Virus record (IMG/VR): IMGVR_UViG_3300031774_000002
DNA length: 64,000 bases
DNA from: an uncultured virus (IMG/VR IMGVR_UViG_3300031774_000002)
Taxonomy: Duplodnaviria; Heunggongvirae; Uroviricota; Caudoviricetes
Direction: 5' to 3' (one strand)
Shown here: positions 54,536-64,000 of the stretch, piece by piece
Layout of the letters: each line of letters starts with the position of its first letter
Numbering within the stretch: the stretch's first letter is position 1
The notes under the pieces: model-generated
Told to the model about the DNA's origin: nothing
What the model saw: the letters and a program-made list of their open reading frames with translations, nothing else
Databases searched by the model: none
Program-made: the position numbers and the translations under genes

Positions 54536-56482
54536 TTATGCACGACCAACAATTTCAGAAAACTCAACGCCAGTTCGTACAGCAACAAAGTTCAACTGAA
54601 TAAAGTTGATTGATCGGGCTGGTTTGATATAGATGTCGCCTATGAATTCATTACGATCTATAACTTCGCCAGTGTTATTTGTTCCGTCACATACTACAAC
54701 GAAATCATTAATACCACGACGACCTTGAACATCTCTTAAGAAAGGTTCAACTAAGTTCTTAAATTGACTTCTAGTGAATTCATCATTGAATTCGAATAAA
54801 GTAAATTGTGAAGCTGTAGAAATAGCCTTTTCTAGTACGATGAACAGTCTACGAACATTAATACGATCAAATGCAGACGGTTTAGCTAACAGCGTCTTGT
54901 CTCCAAACAGTACAGTACCTTGTCCTGGAAATGTGACAACTGGATTAATGCCTTTCTTATAAAGGGCATCACGATCGCCTTTAGTTGGATTATATGCTAA
55001 TTTGACAACGCTCTTAACATTACCGCGATTGAATCCAGCAGGTGAGTACCAAGGATCACGAGTAGTGTCAGTTTGTACCATCAAACCAGCTGTATCGGCA
55101 TTTAAAGGAATGTAACGGTAAACATCATTGTACTTATCATACATGTACTTCCAGCCACCATCCATAACTGCGTATGAAGATGAAGGTAATGAGTCGCGGA
55201 ATGCAATTACATCAGCAACCTCTTTACCAGCATATGAGTTGTTGTTAACAACATCAGCATACTCTGGTGAGATTACAGCGATACAATCTTTACGACTTTC
55301 AGCAATGTTTGTAATTAGGTATGTTGCTAATGTTTGGTCAGCATTACCACCCAACAAGAATGATACATCAACATCTTCAGAGGATTTGAATAAATCATAT
55401 CCAACTATTTTTTGTGCTCCAGTCAGATCATTACCATCAGTACCACCAGAAAGCGAGATGTTTTTAACACCTGATTTTATAGTCGCTTGATCAACAGTAA
55501 ATGATTCGTCGGCTTCTGATGTTGTAGTTCCATCTAAAAATGTTTTATCAGAAACTTTAATAAATTGAGATTGTTGGTTTATAACTTCTCGGAAATTATT
55601 TCCTGCACCTTCTGCTGTTTTTGCATCAATTGCTTTGGAAACAGAGCTATATGTTTCTAAGATAGCATTTTTGGTTCCTGTAATAAGACCATCTTCATCT
55701 ATGACTGCTATATGAAGCTCATCAGTCGTACCACCACGATTAGTAGCAGTTGCTGAAGTTCCAGGTGCAGTATCAAAACTGTTGAAGTATTCCCAATTTC
55801 GTATTACACCATATTGCGCATTTGATGTTGTTCCATTATAGGTATCATCAATGAGCAATGTTACAAAAGCAGTGCTATTTGCGGATGGACCAGTACCAGT
55901 GGTTGTCACACTCAAAACTTTACTATCATGAGCGTTGTTTTCACCTACAGATACTATATCACCCACGCTAAACTGTTCAGCTAAAGCGGTTGCTTGTGAA
56001 TCGCCAGCAGCATCTATTACAACAGATTTTGTTCCATTAGCAATTGTGTGTTTATCAGCTAATGTTTTTTGATATCCATTTGCACTAGCACAAACTGAAA
56101 TTTTTATAGAGTTTCCTAATTTTCCAGGATACTTAGCATAAAAATTATCAGTTGTTGGTACAGTTGAATCATCATTTTTAATCATAACCTCAAAATTAGA
56201 TTCTGATGCATTATTTGCTCCAGGACCAGCAACACGCACAACATTAAGTGCATTGCCGTATGCTAAAAAGTTTGCAGCCGTGAAAAAATCAACTGCATTA
56301 TTTGAGTTCGGTTTTTGGAAAGTGCTCACAAGTCGATCTTCAGAGTCAACTAAAACTCTGTCCTCTACTGGACCCCACCTAAACTGACCAGCAATTGCAC
56401 CTTCTGTGGTGGAAACTGCAGGAACAACTGTGGTAAGGTCGATCTCGCTTACATTAACTCCAGGACTTACTTGGAATGGCAT
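54536..56482 (-). CDS. gp18: tail sheath protein
   Basis: SPGVNVSEIDLT, PWYSPAG, FDRINVRRLF, IKPARSINFI. Confidence 0.97.
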   Translation of the reverse strand: MPFQVSPGVNVSEIDLTTVVPAVSTTEGAIAGQFRWGPVEDRVLVDSEDRLVSTFQKPNSNNAVDFFTAANFLAYGNALNVVRVAGPGANNASESNFEVMIKNDDSTVPTTDNFYAKYPGKLGNSIKISVCASANGYQKTLADKHTIANGTKSVVIDAAGDSQATALAEQFSVGDIVSVGENNAHDSKVLSVTTTGTGPSANSTAFVTLLIDDTYNGTTSNAQYGVIRNWEYFNSFDTAPGTSATATNRGGTTDELHIAVIDEDGLITGTKNAILETYSSVSKAIDAKTAEGAGNNFREVINQQSQFIKVSDKTFLDGTTTSEADESFTVDQATIKSGVKNISLSGGTDGNDLTGAQKIVGYDLFKSSEDVDVSFLLGGNADQTLATYLITNIAESRKDCIAVISPEYADVVNNNSYAGKEVADVIAFRDSLPSSSYAVMDGGWKYMYDKYNDVYRYIPLNADTAGLMVQTDTTRDPWYSPAGFNRGNVKSVVKLAYNPTKGDRDALYKKGINPVVTFPGQGTVLFGDKTLLAKPSAFDRINVRRLFIVLEKAISTASQFTLFEFNDEFTRSQFKNLVEPFLRDVQGRRGINDFVVVCDGTNNTGEVIDRNEFIGDIYIKPARSINFIQLNFVAVRTGVEFSEIVGRA

Positions 56483-56526
56483 TGTTATTCTCCTTTGGAA
56501 GAGTTTTTATTTCAATTCAGACTTGA

Positions 56527-56534
56527 TATTTATA
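56527..56534 (-). promoter_or_regulatory. T4-type late promoter TATAAATA
   Basis: upstream of gp18. Confidence 0.8.
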
Positions 56535-56546
56535 AAAACTCAATGT

Positions 56547-58187
56547 TTAGTAATTTTCAAAGTTCCCATGAGTGATGTAATCTTGCGTGTCAAATGGGTC
56601 AGATGGTGTGTAATCTACAACATTATCATCAGGTATGCCATCATCATGGAACCCAAATGGTAACATACTCTCCATCATTTCTTGATCTGTTTTTTCTCTT
56701 AATTGGATTAGTGTATTTATGTCTGTCATATCTTTAAAATATGACTGGTCTGTCAGCCATGCAAATAAAACAAGACACATCACTAGATCATCATGAGCAC
56801 CAGACTCTGCTTCATACGAGTTTCTTTTTCTCGAGAAAGTTGATAGCTCTTTTATAGTATTAAAATCGTTAATTATAAGTTGATCTTGTTCAATCAACAG
56901 CTTTAGTATAGAACATCCTACAGCCTTCACGCTTTTAGTTGTTCTAATTCCTTTATCACACCTTTTGCTGAACCCAGTTGATATTCTTTTACCTGATCTT
57001 CCAGCACTTTCGGTGAATAATATGTTTTCATATTCAAATTCATAATGAAGAAGCTCTGCGACTTGTTCACCAATATCATTTATTTCAACTAATACAGTCG
57101 CTTCATTAAAGCTCTTGCATGTTCTATATATTACTTCTGAGTATTCAGCAGGAGTGATAAAGTTATCTCTGTAAACACAGACTTGTTTATATGGCATTTC
57201 TGTTATGTCTATTATCTGAAATGCTGAATAGTCTAAACCCTTTCCTCTTGATACATCAACGACACAAGCATAGGTATGATCTGGCTGTCCTTGATCATAC
57301 ATTGATATGCCACTACCCTCAACTAATGGTCTTTTATCCACTAATGTTTTTAGTTTACTACCATCAATCAATGTTCCAGAACTGCCAAGAAACTCACACT
57401 CATATTCTTGAGCAAACTTCTCAAGATCATAATCCATAGACTGCAATGTTTCTTCTTTCCAAGCATCATCTCTTCCAGGAACATCAGTCCAATTTACCCT
57501 GACATACTCATATCCATTTTTACCATCTCTAGCACCTTCGCAAGTTTTATAAAAATGATTCAAACCATTTGGTGTGGATGTCAATAATATTTTAGTTGTG
57601 TTACCAGAAGATATTGTGGGGAATACAGAAGCAAAAAATTCATCCCAATTATCTACGAATGCAGTTTCATCAATGTATAGGAATGATACAGACTTACCAC
57701 GAATAGCAGATGAGGATGTTGCAGCAGCAATAATTTTACAACCATTCTCAAACTGAACTGAACCTTTGTTCCACTCAACGACACCTTGTTGCATCCATTG
57801 CGGTAGTGCTTCATATGCAATCTTAATTCTGTCAAGAATCTCACGAGCTGAGTCGCCCTTGTTCGCAAGCAACGCAACAGTCTTATGCTCATTGAATAGA
57901 ATGAAGTGTAATATAACAGCAACTGCGGTTGTAGTTTTACCTGCCTGCCGAGATGTGACCACAGTTACTCTACGATTATCAGTTATCTTCTCAATAATAT
58001 CTCGTTGATAATCATACAGACGCATTGGTATTAGACCGTGATCTACATGAACAATTTGTATGTAGTTCTCAGCAAAATAGAGTGGATCTTTAGCACACTT
58101 CACATATTCTGTGACTTGCTCTTGAGTCCAGCTGATCTGAACACCCTTCTTTTTGAGAAGAGCATTTCCATTATATGTATCAGCCAA
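56547..58187 (-). CDS. gp17: terminase large subunit
   Basis: SRQAGKTT, YIDETAF, STPNG, DVSRG, HDDLVM. Confidence 0.97.
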   Translation of the reverse strand: MADTYNGNALLKKKGVQISWTQEQVTEYVKCAKDPLYFAENYIQIVHVDHGLIPMRLYDYQRDIIEKITDNRRVTVVTSRQAGKTTTAVAVILHFILFNEHKTVALLANKGDSAREILDRIKIAYEALPQWMQQGVVEWNKGSVQFENGCKIIAAATSSSAIRGKSVSFLYIDETAFVDNWDEFFASVFPTISSGNTTKILLTSTPNGLNHFYKTCEGARDGKNGYEYVRVNWTDVPGRDDAWKEETLQSMDYDLEKFAQEYECEFLGSSGTLIDGSKLKTLVDKRPLVEGSGISMYDQGQPDHTYACVVDVSRGKGLDYSAFQIIDITEMPYKQVCVYRDNFITPAEYSEVIYRTCKSFNEATVLVEINDIGEQVAELLHYEFEYENILFTESAGRSGKRISTGFSKRCDKGIRTTKSVKAVGCSILKLLIEQDQLIINDFNTIKELSTFSRKRNSYEAESGAHDDLVMCLVLFAWLTDQSYFKDMTDINTLIQLREKTDQEMMESMLPFGFHDDGIPDDNVVDYTPSDPFDTQDYITHGNFENY

Positions 58188-58626
58188 TTACGACAATGCC
58201 TTCTTTTATTAATCGCTCACGATTTTTTAAATGAGCTTCAGCAATATCATCTTTGTTTTGTCCGTGATAAGCGACAGCAAAACCTTCATCGATCATGATC
58301 TGAGTGGCTGGACGCCATGAATCAGTAGTTGCATCGTAGACATCAAAGTCACCAAGTATACGACCGAACTTACCTTTCATATCTTCGCCTTTTTTACTCA
58401 CTTGAGTTTTAAGGACAGACTGTTTACCGAGTAATGATTTTAGCTTTTCTTTGGCAGCAAGACCAAACTTTTTTTCAACCTTATCGCGAGTACGAGATTC
58501 AGGAGTATCAATACCCATAACACGAACACGCTCGCCTTTAAGCCATATACCAAACCCCAGATCAATATCTACATCTACAGTATCGCCATCTACGACACGA
58601 ACAATCTTACATCTATAATCATACAT
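58180..58626 (-). CDS. staphylococcal nuclease (SNase)-like protein
   Basis: RVVDGDT, RVMGIDTPE, GKFGRILG. Confidence 0.85.
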   Translation of the reverse strand: MYDYRCKIVRVVDGDTVDVDIDLGFGIWLKGERVRVMGIDTPESRTRDKVEKKFGLAAKEKLKSLLGKQSVLKTQVSKKGEDMKGKFGRILGDFDVYDATTDSWRPATQIMIDEGFAVAYHGQNKDDIAEAHLKNRERLIKEGIVVIG

Positions 58627-59053
58627 CTTTTTCTTCACCTTTAATTAATTTTTGTAAATCTGCTGTGCTACCAACAAACAGAGCATTATTAGTCACATTT
58701 GCTGGTTGATTATTTTCTTCTTCGCGCAGAAGTTTAACTTTCTTTTGAATGTCTAACAAATCTTTATTTGCATCAACAAGAGTTTTTGTTAGTTGTGAAA
58801 CAACTTCGAATGCTCTTGGATGTTCACTTGCTTTGGCTAACTCAAGCAAATTATCAAGAGCATATGAACCTTTCTCTATAACATCATAGAGATTATCTCT
58901 GGCATAGGTGTAGTCTTTAGAGACATCATCTGGCAGATTTTTTGTTTTCTCTTCAAAGTTTGAACGAACTAATGATTGTTTTGGTTCATCATCTACAAGC
59001 TCTGCTTCAACTTCAAAAATTTCATTCAAATTATCTGTGACATTGTTTTTCAT
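58619..59053 (-). CDS. gp16: terminase small subunit
   Basis: DYTYARDNL, HPRAFEV, NNALFVGSTADLQK. Confidence 0.93.
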   Translation of the reverse strand: MKNNVTDNLNEIFEVEAELVDDEPKQSLVRSNFEEKTKNLPDDVSKDYTYARDNLYDVIEKGSYALDNLLELAKASEHPRAFEVVSQLTKTLVDANKDLLDIQKKVKLLREEENNQPANVTNNALFVGSTADLQKLIKGEEKDV

Positions 59054-59065
59054 AATTTTTCATAC

Positions 59066-59899
59066 CTAATCATCAATACCATCAAAGAAATCAAACTTAT
59101 CAAAGGCTAATCCATATGTGCTGTTTGCACTCACCGATGAATATGCTACACTTGCTGACGAGTTTGTTGTTGGTGAACCATTTGCCAATAATCCTGGACT
59201 CAGTTTAATTCTACTGCTCGGTGCTTCATTTGTAGCTAGTGGCGACAATGTAGACGGCATGTTAAAATCGACCGTTGATCTTTTGATCACACCTCTATTG
59301 CTAGTTGGTCCAAAAATATAACCCTTGACTGTGAAGTTAAAAGTGTATATAATAGCTCTGCGAGTTTGAAAGTCTGCTTCATATGCATCTTCAATCGACA
59401 TACCTTGCATGACTGTTGGTATGTCATAATAATGACCAGTCTCTTTAACCAACTTCAAACTGTGAGTAAACTCAGGTCTAAAGTAAGGCAGAATCTGTTC
59501 TGTAACCTGAACAGCATCTTCATTGTTAGCAAACATACCATATAAAGAAATATTTATATCATATGGCACAGGTGTAAACTGAGAAACAGAAGCATTGTTG
59601 TTAGAAGAAATAGCTGTATTTTTCTGTAACTTATTTAATCCTCTGTTTGGAGAATATGACATATCAGTAATTTCAAACGAAAGTCTCGGGAGCTGAGTAG
59701 CAACTTGTCTATTCAAGTTTGGATCTTGATTTAATCTCGCCAAGAACTTTTCTTTTGGTCCATATGCTATCGGTACACGAATTGATTGAACAGCTACACC
59801 GCTTGTGTTAAAGCGAACAACATCAATATCGTTGAACATTGAGCCAAACATAATGATATATTTTCGAATCGCACCGTGATTATAATAGTTACCAAACAT
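59066..59899 (-). CDS. gp15: tail sheath stabiliser/completion protein
   Basis: FGSMFNDI, VPIAYGPKEKF, EQILPYF.P. Confidence 0.93.
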   Translation of the reverse strand: MFGNYYNHGAIRKYIIMFGSMFNDIDVVRFNTSGVAVQSIRVPIAYGPKEKFLARLNQDPNLNRQVATQLPRLSFEITDMSYSPNRGLNKLQKNTAISSNNNASVSQFTPVPYDINISLYGMFANNEDAVQVTEQILPYFRPEFTHSLKLVKETGHYYDIPTVMQGMSIEDAYEADFQTRRAIIYTFNFTVKGYIFGPTSNRGVIKRSTVDFNMPSTLSPLATNEAPSSRIKLSPGLLANGSPTTNSSASVAYSSVSANSTYGLAFDKFDFFDGIDD

Positions 59900-60664
59900 T
59901 TAGAAACCCTCACTAAATGGATTCATCTCACTGAAGTCAACAAAGTCTGCTGCTTTTAAGTCAAATGTGCTATTTCTTGCTGCTGAATCAGTTGATTCAA
60001 TGCTATATTCTTCATTCAATACATTCTCTCCACTCTCCATGACAAGATTATCGCCAGACTCATCAAGTATCTGGTTGTCCATTCTATCGCCAGAGTATAA
60101 TGTCTCGATCTCATCAATGGTATTGATACCAGTGTTAAGCCTTTCATGGCTGTATTCAAACAACTCACAACGGAGATCATATGTTTGTAGTGAGCCAAGC
60201 TGGTAGAAAACAGATTCATGCTCAACAAACTTAACTTCAAACAACTTATTATTGAGCGGAAAATAAATTAGATCACCCTCAACTGGACGACCTGCAGCTT
60301 TTGTTGTGTTTTCGTCTTGAATTTCTTCGCTGAATCTTCTGCGTGAAACAGTTAATGTCATTTCGTCTCTTATCTCAACATTAAACTTAGATAAGAAATC
60401 ACCATCACCATCAAACCCATCTACTGACTTAATATACATCTCAATAGAATAAGCTGATAATGATTCACCATCACCATCACCATTTGTAACTGCGTCAAAC
60501 TTAGACAGGGTATCTTCGCCAAAGACACCGTCTTCAGCAACTAATGTTCTGGGCATGTAATAACAATCTACACCATAAACCTTAATTGCCTCAGTTACGA
60601 GATCTTCTATAAGGTTTTGTTCTTCTGTAAATTGATAATTATTAAAATATAAATTTGTAGCCAT
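59900..60664 (-). CDS. gp14: neck protein
   Basis: EQNLIEDL, YMPR, EGDLIYFP, FSEMNPF. Confidence 0.93.
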   Translation of the reverse strand: MATNLYFNNYQFTEEQNLIEDLVTEAIKVYGVDCYYMPRTLVAEDGVFGEDTLSKFDAVTNGDGDGESLSAYSIEMYIKSVDGFDGDGDFLSKFNVEIRDEMTLTVSRRRFSEEIQDENTTKAAGRPVEGDLIYFPLNNKLFEVKFVEHESVFYQLGSLQTYDLRCELFEYSHERLNTGINTIDEIETLYSGDRMDNQILDESGDNLVMESGENVLNEEYSIESTDSAARNSTFDLKAADFVDFSEMNPFSEGF

Positions 60665-60668
60665 TTAA

Positions 60669-61409
60669 TTAGCCTATCATATCCATAGCTGGCATAGAGA
60701 ATCGTTTCTGTACTTCTTCTTCTAACTTTTGGATTTCTTCATTGGCTTCATTCCAAATATTTTGACCATTAAATGTTACTCCACCTGGAAGTTGTAAACC
60801 CTCAAACTTTTTAAGGTTTTCACCCCATTGTTTTTTGATTAAAGCAGTCGCATATTGACGCAACCACCAATCGCCCCAGACTTGCGTATTTGAGTCTGGA
60901 TCAATAACTTGATAACACTCAACGATAATATACTCACCGACATTTACTCTAGACCAGTCCATATCAATATGTAACTTGTCAGTGTGACGACTAAATCTTA
61001 ATGGTTGCTTCCCTACAAATAACTCTTGTAGGAGAGCGATTCTTTCCATAGAAGAAGCATAATTCTGAAATTGTGCGTGTGACCAATCATAAACATCATT
61101 AAGTGTTATTTGATATCTAAGATTGAACATATTATTTGTATTAAGTCCAGCACCAATTGGAAAAATGTTTATCACACCATTAATAGTTTCGGGTATAGTT
61201 AAATACCCATTATTAATATCTGCTTGTGTTACTTGTGCTTTTAGAAAAGTTCTTTCGGTGCCATCATAATGATAATCTCTATAAAAATCTAATGCGTCAT
61301 CTATACGATCATCTACTTGATCGTCATCAACATTAATTTCAACAACTGGTGCACCGAGCCTGCGTAGGCAATATGTTTTGAATGTGCTTTTACTTGTAGG
61401 TACTGACAT
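60669..61409 (-). CDS. gp13: neck protein
   Basis: YCLRRLGAPVVEINV, QWGENL.KF...LPGG. Confidence 0.93.
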   Translation of the reverse strand: MSVPTSKSTFKTYCLRRLGAPVVEINVDDDQVDDRIDDALDFYRDYHYDGTERTFLKAQVTQADINNGYLTIPETINGVINIFPIGAGLNTNNMFNLRYQITLNDVYDWSHAQFQNYASSMERIALLQELFVGKQPLRFSRHTDKLHIDMDWSRVNVGEYIIVECYQVIDPDSNTQVWGDWWLRQYATALIKKQWGENLKKFEGLQLPGGVTFNGQNIWNEANEEIQKLEEEVQKRFSMPAMDMIG

Positions 61410-61442
61410 ATGTATAGTCTCGAAGTCTGGATTAATCTAGAC

Positions 61443-61450
61443 TATTTATA
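61443..61450 (-). promoter_or_regulatory. T4-type late promoter TATAAATA
   Basis: upstream of gp13. Confidence 0.8.
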
Positions 61451-61491
61451 AGAACAATAAACAGTTATAATCTATCAACTACACCATAAAT

Positions 61492-62028
61492 TCATGAAGG
61501 TATGCCTTTAAACTTCCCATCTTCAAAATCATCCTCACCGAACACAAAATCTTCATATGCATTTTTCAAATCATCATCCCAATATTTTTTTTCATGTTTT
61601 TCAATAGCAGCAAATGTGACCTCACAACCATCAAGTTCTGGAGTATCAGGTTCCCAATCAATTAACACAGTAGTTGAAACCAACATCATATTCCTCACTG
61701 CTTCTGCTAAATTATCGCCATGAGATTCTTCGGTTTTAGATGTAGTTGCTAGAGGATAAAAAATTAATCCATTTTGTATTCTTTCTTTCTTTAATAAGCC
61801 GTGTGTTGTTGTCATCTTTTTTGACAAGAATAATGGTTTAAACTTCAAATATTTCTGAGGAACACCATCTTTTTTTCTGGCGATACGGCTCTCAGTTATT
61901 TCAACAACAGGAACTTGAGATTGAATTTTCGGAGATGGATCAAAATCTTCATATCTTTCACCCAGTTCTTTCCTTATATGTTCCAATTCTTCTTCTGTCA
62001 TGTGGTAATTTTTATTTGATCTACTCAT
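61492..62028 (-). CDS. hypothetical protein
   Basis: ORF coupled (ATGA) to the upstream gene. Confidence 0.55.
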   Translation of the reverse strand: MSRSNKNYHMTEEELEHIRKELGERYEDFDPSPKIQSQVPVVEITESRIARKKDGVPQKYLKFKPLFLSKKMTTTHGLLKKERIQNGLIFYPLATTSKTEESHGDNLAEAVRNMMLVSTTVLIDWEPDTPELDGCEVTFAAIEKHEKKYWDDDLKNAYEDFVFGEDDFEDGKFKGIPS

Positions 62029-64000
62029 GTGTCTACGCACCTCATAACAAATGATTGTGCTATAACGGAATGCATTTTTTTCTGTACCGCATTTCCAGGT
62101 GGATAGCTATCATAATGAACTGTTCCAGGACGCTGTAGCACTTCAAGTGCCAAGTTTCCAGCAGAGCTTGTTTTAGTGGGGTCATCAGGATCCATAATCA
62201 TCGAAAGTGTGGTTCTAGCACCGCCAGCATAGGATTGATATGTCCTGTATTCCTGTTCATGAATATGATTGTAGTCGACATTTGTGTGCGATATATCAAG
62301 AGTAGGTCTCTGAGGACCAAACGCAAAATCATCAAATACTGTATGAATCATAAGATCACCATAATTAACAGCTTGTTGAGTCTCTGGACCTAGAACATCA
62401 CTCGAACCAAAAGTGAAAGATTGAAGACCAGTTCTCTCTGGTGATTTGAAAGAGTTTGTCACACATTCCCATTTTCCTGGAAACATAAAAACATCTTGTA
62501 CAGCAAAACGCTTGCTTGCATGCTGACCGACAAATCTGACTTTTAATCTCCCTATCTCGCTAAGTGGAAGAGGGATATGATAGACATACCATAATGAGTG
62601 TGGGTGGTCTGCTTCATTGGATATGCCAGCTGTTTGACCTAGAGCTTCTAAATGTCCTTGCGGATAATCACCTTCTCCGTCGTTATCTTCTCCACCAAAA
62701 GAATATGCACCCCTCAATGGGAAACAGTCTACAGTAGATAAATCAGCATCACCAGTTCCTTCAGTAACATTTAAACAAGTGGGTTGAAATTTTGAAGAAG
62801 CATCATTAACAAAGTCATCCGAGTTGCCTCCCAAGTTCCCACCTTCATAAGAAAAATAACCTTTGGTGTCAGTTCCATCCATAACCTCTGCACCTAGCTG
62901 TGCGTGATTTATAAGGACGGTTGTGAAGGTATAGTCCCTATAATCTAATCTCTGGGAATAATTTTTTCTAGTTCCTTCTGAACCACCCCAAAATAAACCA
63001 AATAGATTAGTATCTTCTGTCACAGCAGATGTTGTGTCATGTTGAGGCATAGAACCAAAAAAACCGTCACCAGTGCCACCTGATATATATTGTTCAAACA
63101 TAGCATCAGTGTCATATTTGAAAGAATAATAAGTCATTACTCTATCTTCTTCATGCTGAGGGCTTAAATATGTGTACTGTCTGCTAACTTCGGTTGGACC
63201 CCTGCTCCATGCTCTAGTATTGTAAAAGTGTAACCTTGCTTCCCAAAGCTCTGGTTTTTTCTGAGCAGATTGAAAATCAGAAAATTTTAATAGGTTTCCT
63301 TCAACTGAGTGATCTCCGATTGTTAATAACTCGCTATCATTGTAACGCGGTATTCCTCTTGTACCCCACCTTCCTGGTGTCGATGTTTGAAGCATTCTTC
63401 GCAATGCTTGTAACTCTAACGCATCTGCATTAGAAGTATCACCTGCAGCACGAGTTTTTTTTGCTGCCGATATAAATGTGTTTACTATACCATCTGTTCT
63501 CGGAACATCAGCTAAAGGCAAGATTTTGTCTGAATGCCATAAAAAATCAGCAAAAGAAGTGTCATTATTCAAATCGCCATAGTAACCAACACTCGGAAGA
63601 TTTAAAATACCATTATTGTCGCCTCTATCAGCATAATTGAGATAATATAATAACCTCACCACTCCAGCACTATCTGGACCCTCGACTGAGATGAGAGAAC
63701 CACTTATAAAATATGGACCAATATCACTGCCAGTGTTATTTCTTAAGAACATGTTTTTTAGGTTGCCATTATATTCAATTTGACTAGCCCCAGTCGCAGT
63801 AAATTCACTACCAAAACGGTTTGATTCTATTATTGTTGTGAATTTAGTATCTCGCCCATCATTCAGGTTGTCAGTATCATAGGTTCCACCACTATCGCTT
63901 GGATTAAAACTGACTTGGAAAAAAGCACCGTCATTTCCTGACACAGTTCCTGAAGCGTCGGTAAAACCAGATGTGTCATATGCAGCATAAGTACCTGTGA
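62025..64000 (-). CDS. large putative virion/tail protein, partial (start beyond the window)
   Basis: frame stays open from 63944 to the right edge; G/D/S/T-rich; upstream of neck genes. Confidence 0.6.
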   Translation of the reverse strand, partial: TGTYAAYDTSGFTDASGTVSGNDGAFFQVSFNPSDSGGTYDTDNLNDGRDTKFTTIIESNRFGSEFTATGASQIEYNGNLKNMFLRNNTGSDIGPYFISGSLISVEGPDSAGVVRLLYYLNYADRGDNNGILNLPSVGYYGDLNNDTSFADFLWHSDKILPLADVPRTDGIVNTFISAAKKTRAAGDTSNADALELQALRRMLQTSTPGRWGTRGIPRYNDSELLTIGDHSVEGNLLKFSDFQSAQKKPELWEARLHFYNTRAWSRGPTEVSRQYTYLSPQHEEDRVMTYYSFKYDTDAMFEQYISGGTGDGFFGSMPQHDTTSAVTEDTNLFGLFWGGSEGTRKNYSQRLDYRDYTFTTVLINHAQLGAEVMDGTDTKGYFSYEGGNLGGNSDDFVNDASSKFQPTCLNVTEGTGDADLSTVDCFPLRGAYSFGGEDNDGEGDYPQGHLEALGQTAGISNEADHPHSLWYVYHIPLPLSEIGRLKVRFVGQHASKRFAVQDVFMFPGKWECVTNSFKSPERTGLQSFTFGSSDVLGPETQQAVNYGDLMIHTVFDDFAFGPQRPTLDISHTNVDYNHIHEQEYRTYQSYAGGARTTLSMIMDPDDPTKTSSAGNLALEVLQRPGTVHYDSYPPGNAVQKKMHSVIAQSFVMRCVDT

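Noticed and set aside
59551..59558. TATAAATA inside gp15
   Set aside because: About 500 nt from the next start and within an already late operon; may be chance in AT-rich DNA.
601..63433. Plus-strand and nested ORFs in the six-frame track
   Set aside because: All lie antisense to, or out of frame within, well-supported minus-strand genes and show no recognisable motifs; treated as shadow ORFs.
1..64000. tRNA genes, CRISPR arrays, integrase/transposase, photosynthesis genes
   Set aside because: None recognised by eye (intergenic gaps are short and mostly explained); host and cyanophage status are therefore not assigned. tRNAscan-SE was not run.

Overview
64 kb of a large, AT-rich T4-like (Tevenvirinae/Kyanoviridae-style, probably marine) myovirus genome; every credible gene is on the minus strand. 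Right to left: a partial large virion protein, neck/tail/terminase/head genes (gp13-gp23, gp3), uvsY/uvsW, gp55, gp47/46, peptide deformylase, a five-gene DNA base hypermodification-like operon, hsp20, a CobS/MoxR-vWA pair, gp45/44/62/regA, lysozyme, a SPLIT DNA polymerase (gp43A/43B), uvsX, gp41, a glycan-modifying cluster and putative head-packaged internal proteins. T4 late promoters (TATAAATA), sigma70-type promoters and intrinsic terminators can be read directly. Best leads: (1) a translationally coupled operon, glutamine amidotransferase - GNAT - amino-acid:DNA transferase - TET/JBP dioxygenase - P-loop kinase, whose products carry polymerase-like clamp-binding tails, suggesting an uncharacterised replication-coupled thymidine hypermodification route; (2) an unannotated late transcription unit after gp23 with a glnA-class glutamine riboswitch controlling a 32-aa YRGV peptide; (3) a hairpin after gp41 whose CU loop is complementary to the GAGAGAG ribosome-binding sites of gp41 and of putative early genes; (4) a ROSE-like thermometer on hsp20. 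All family calls come from reading motifs by eye; no database search or folding program was run.
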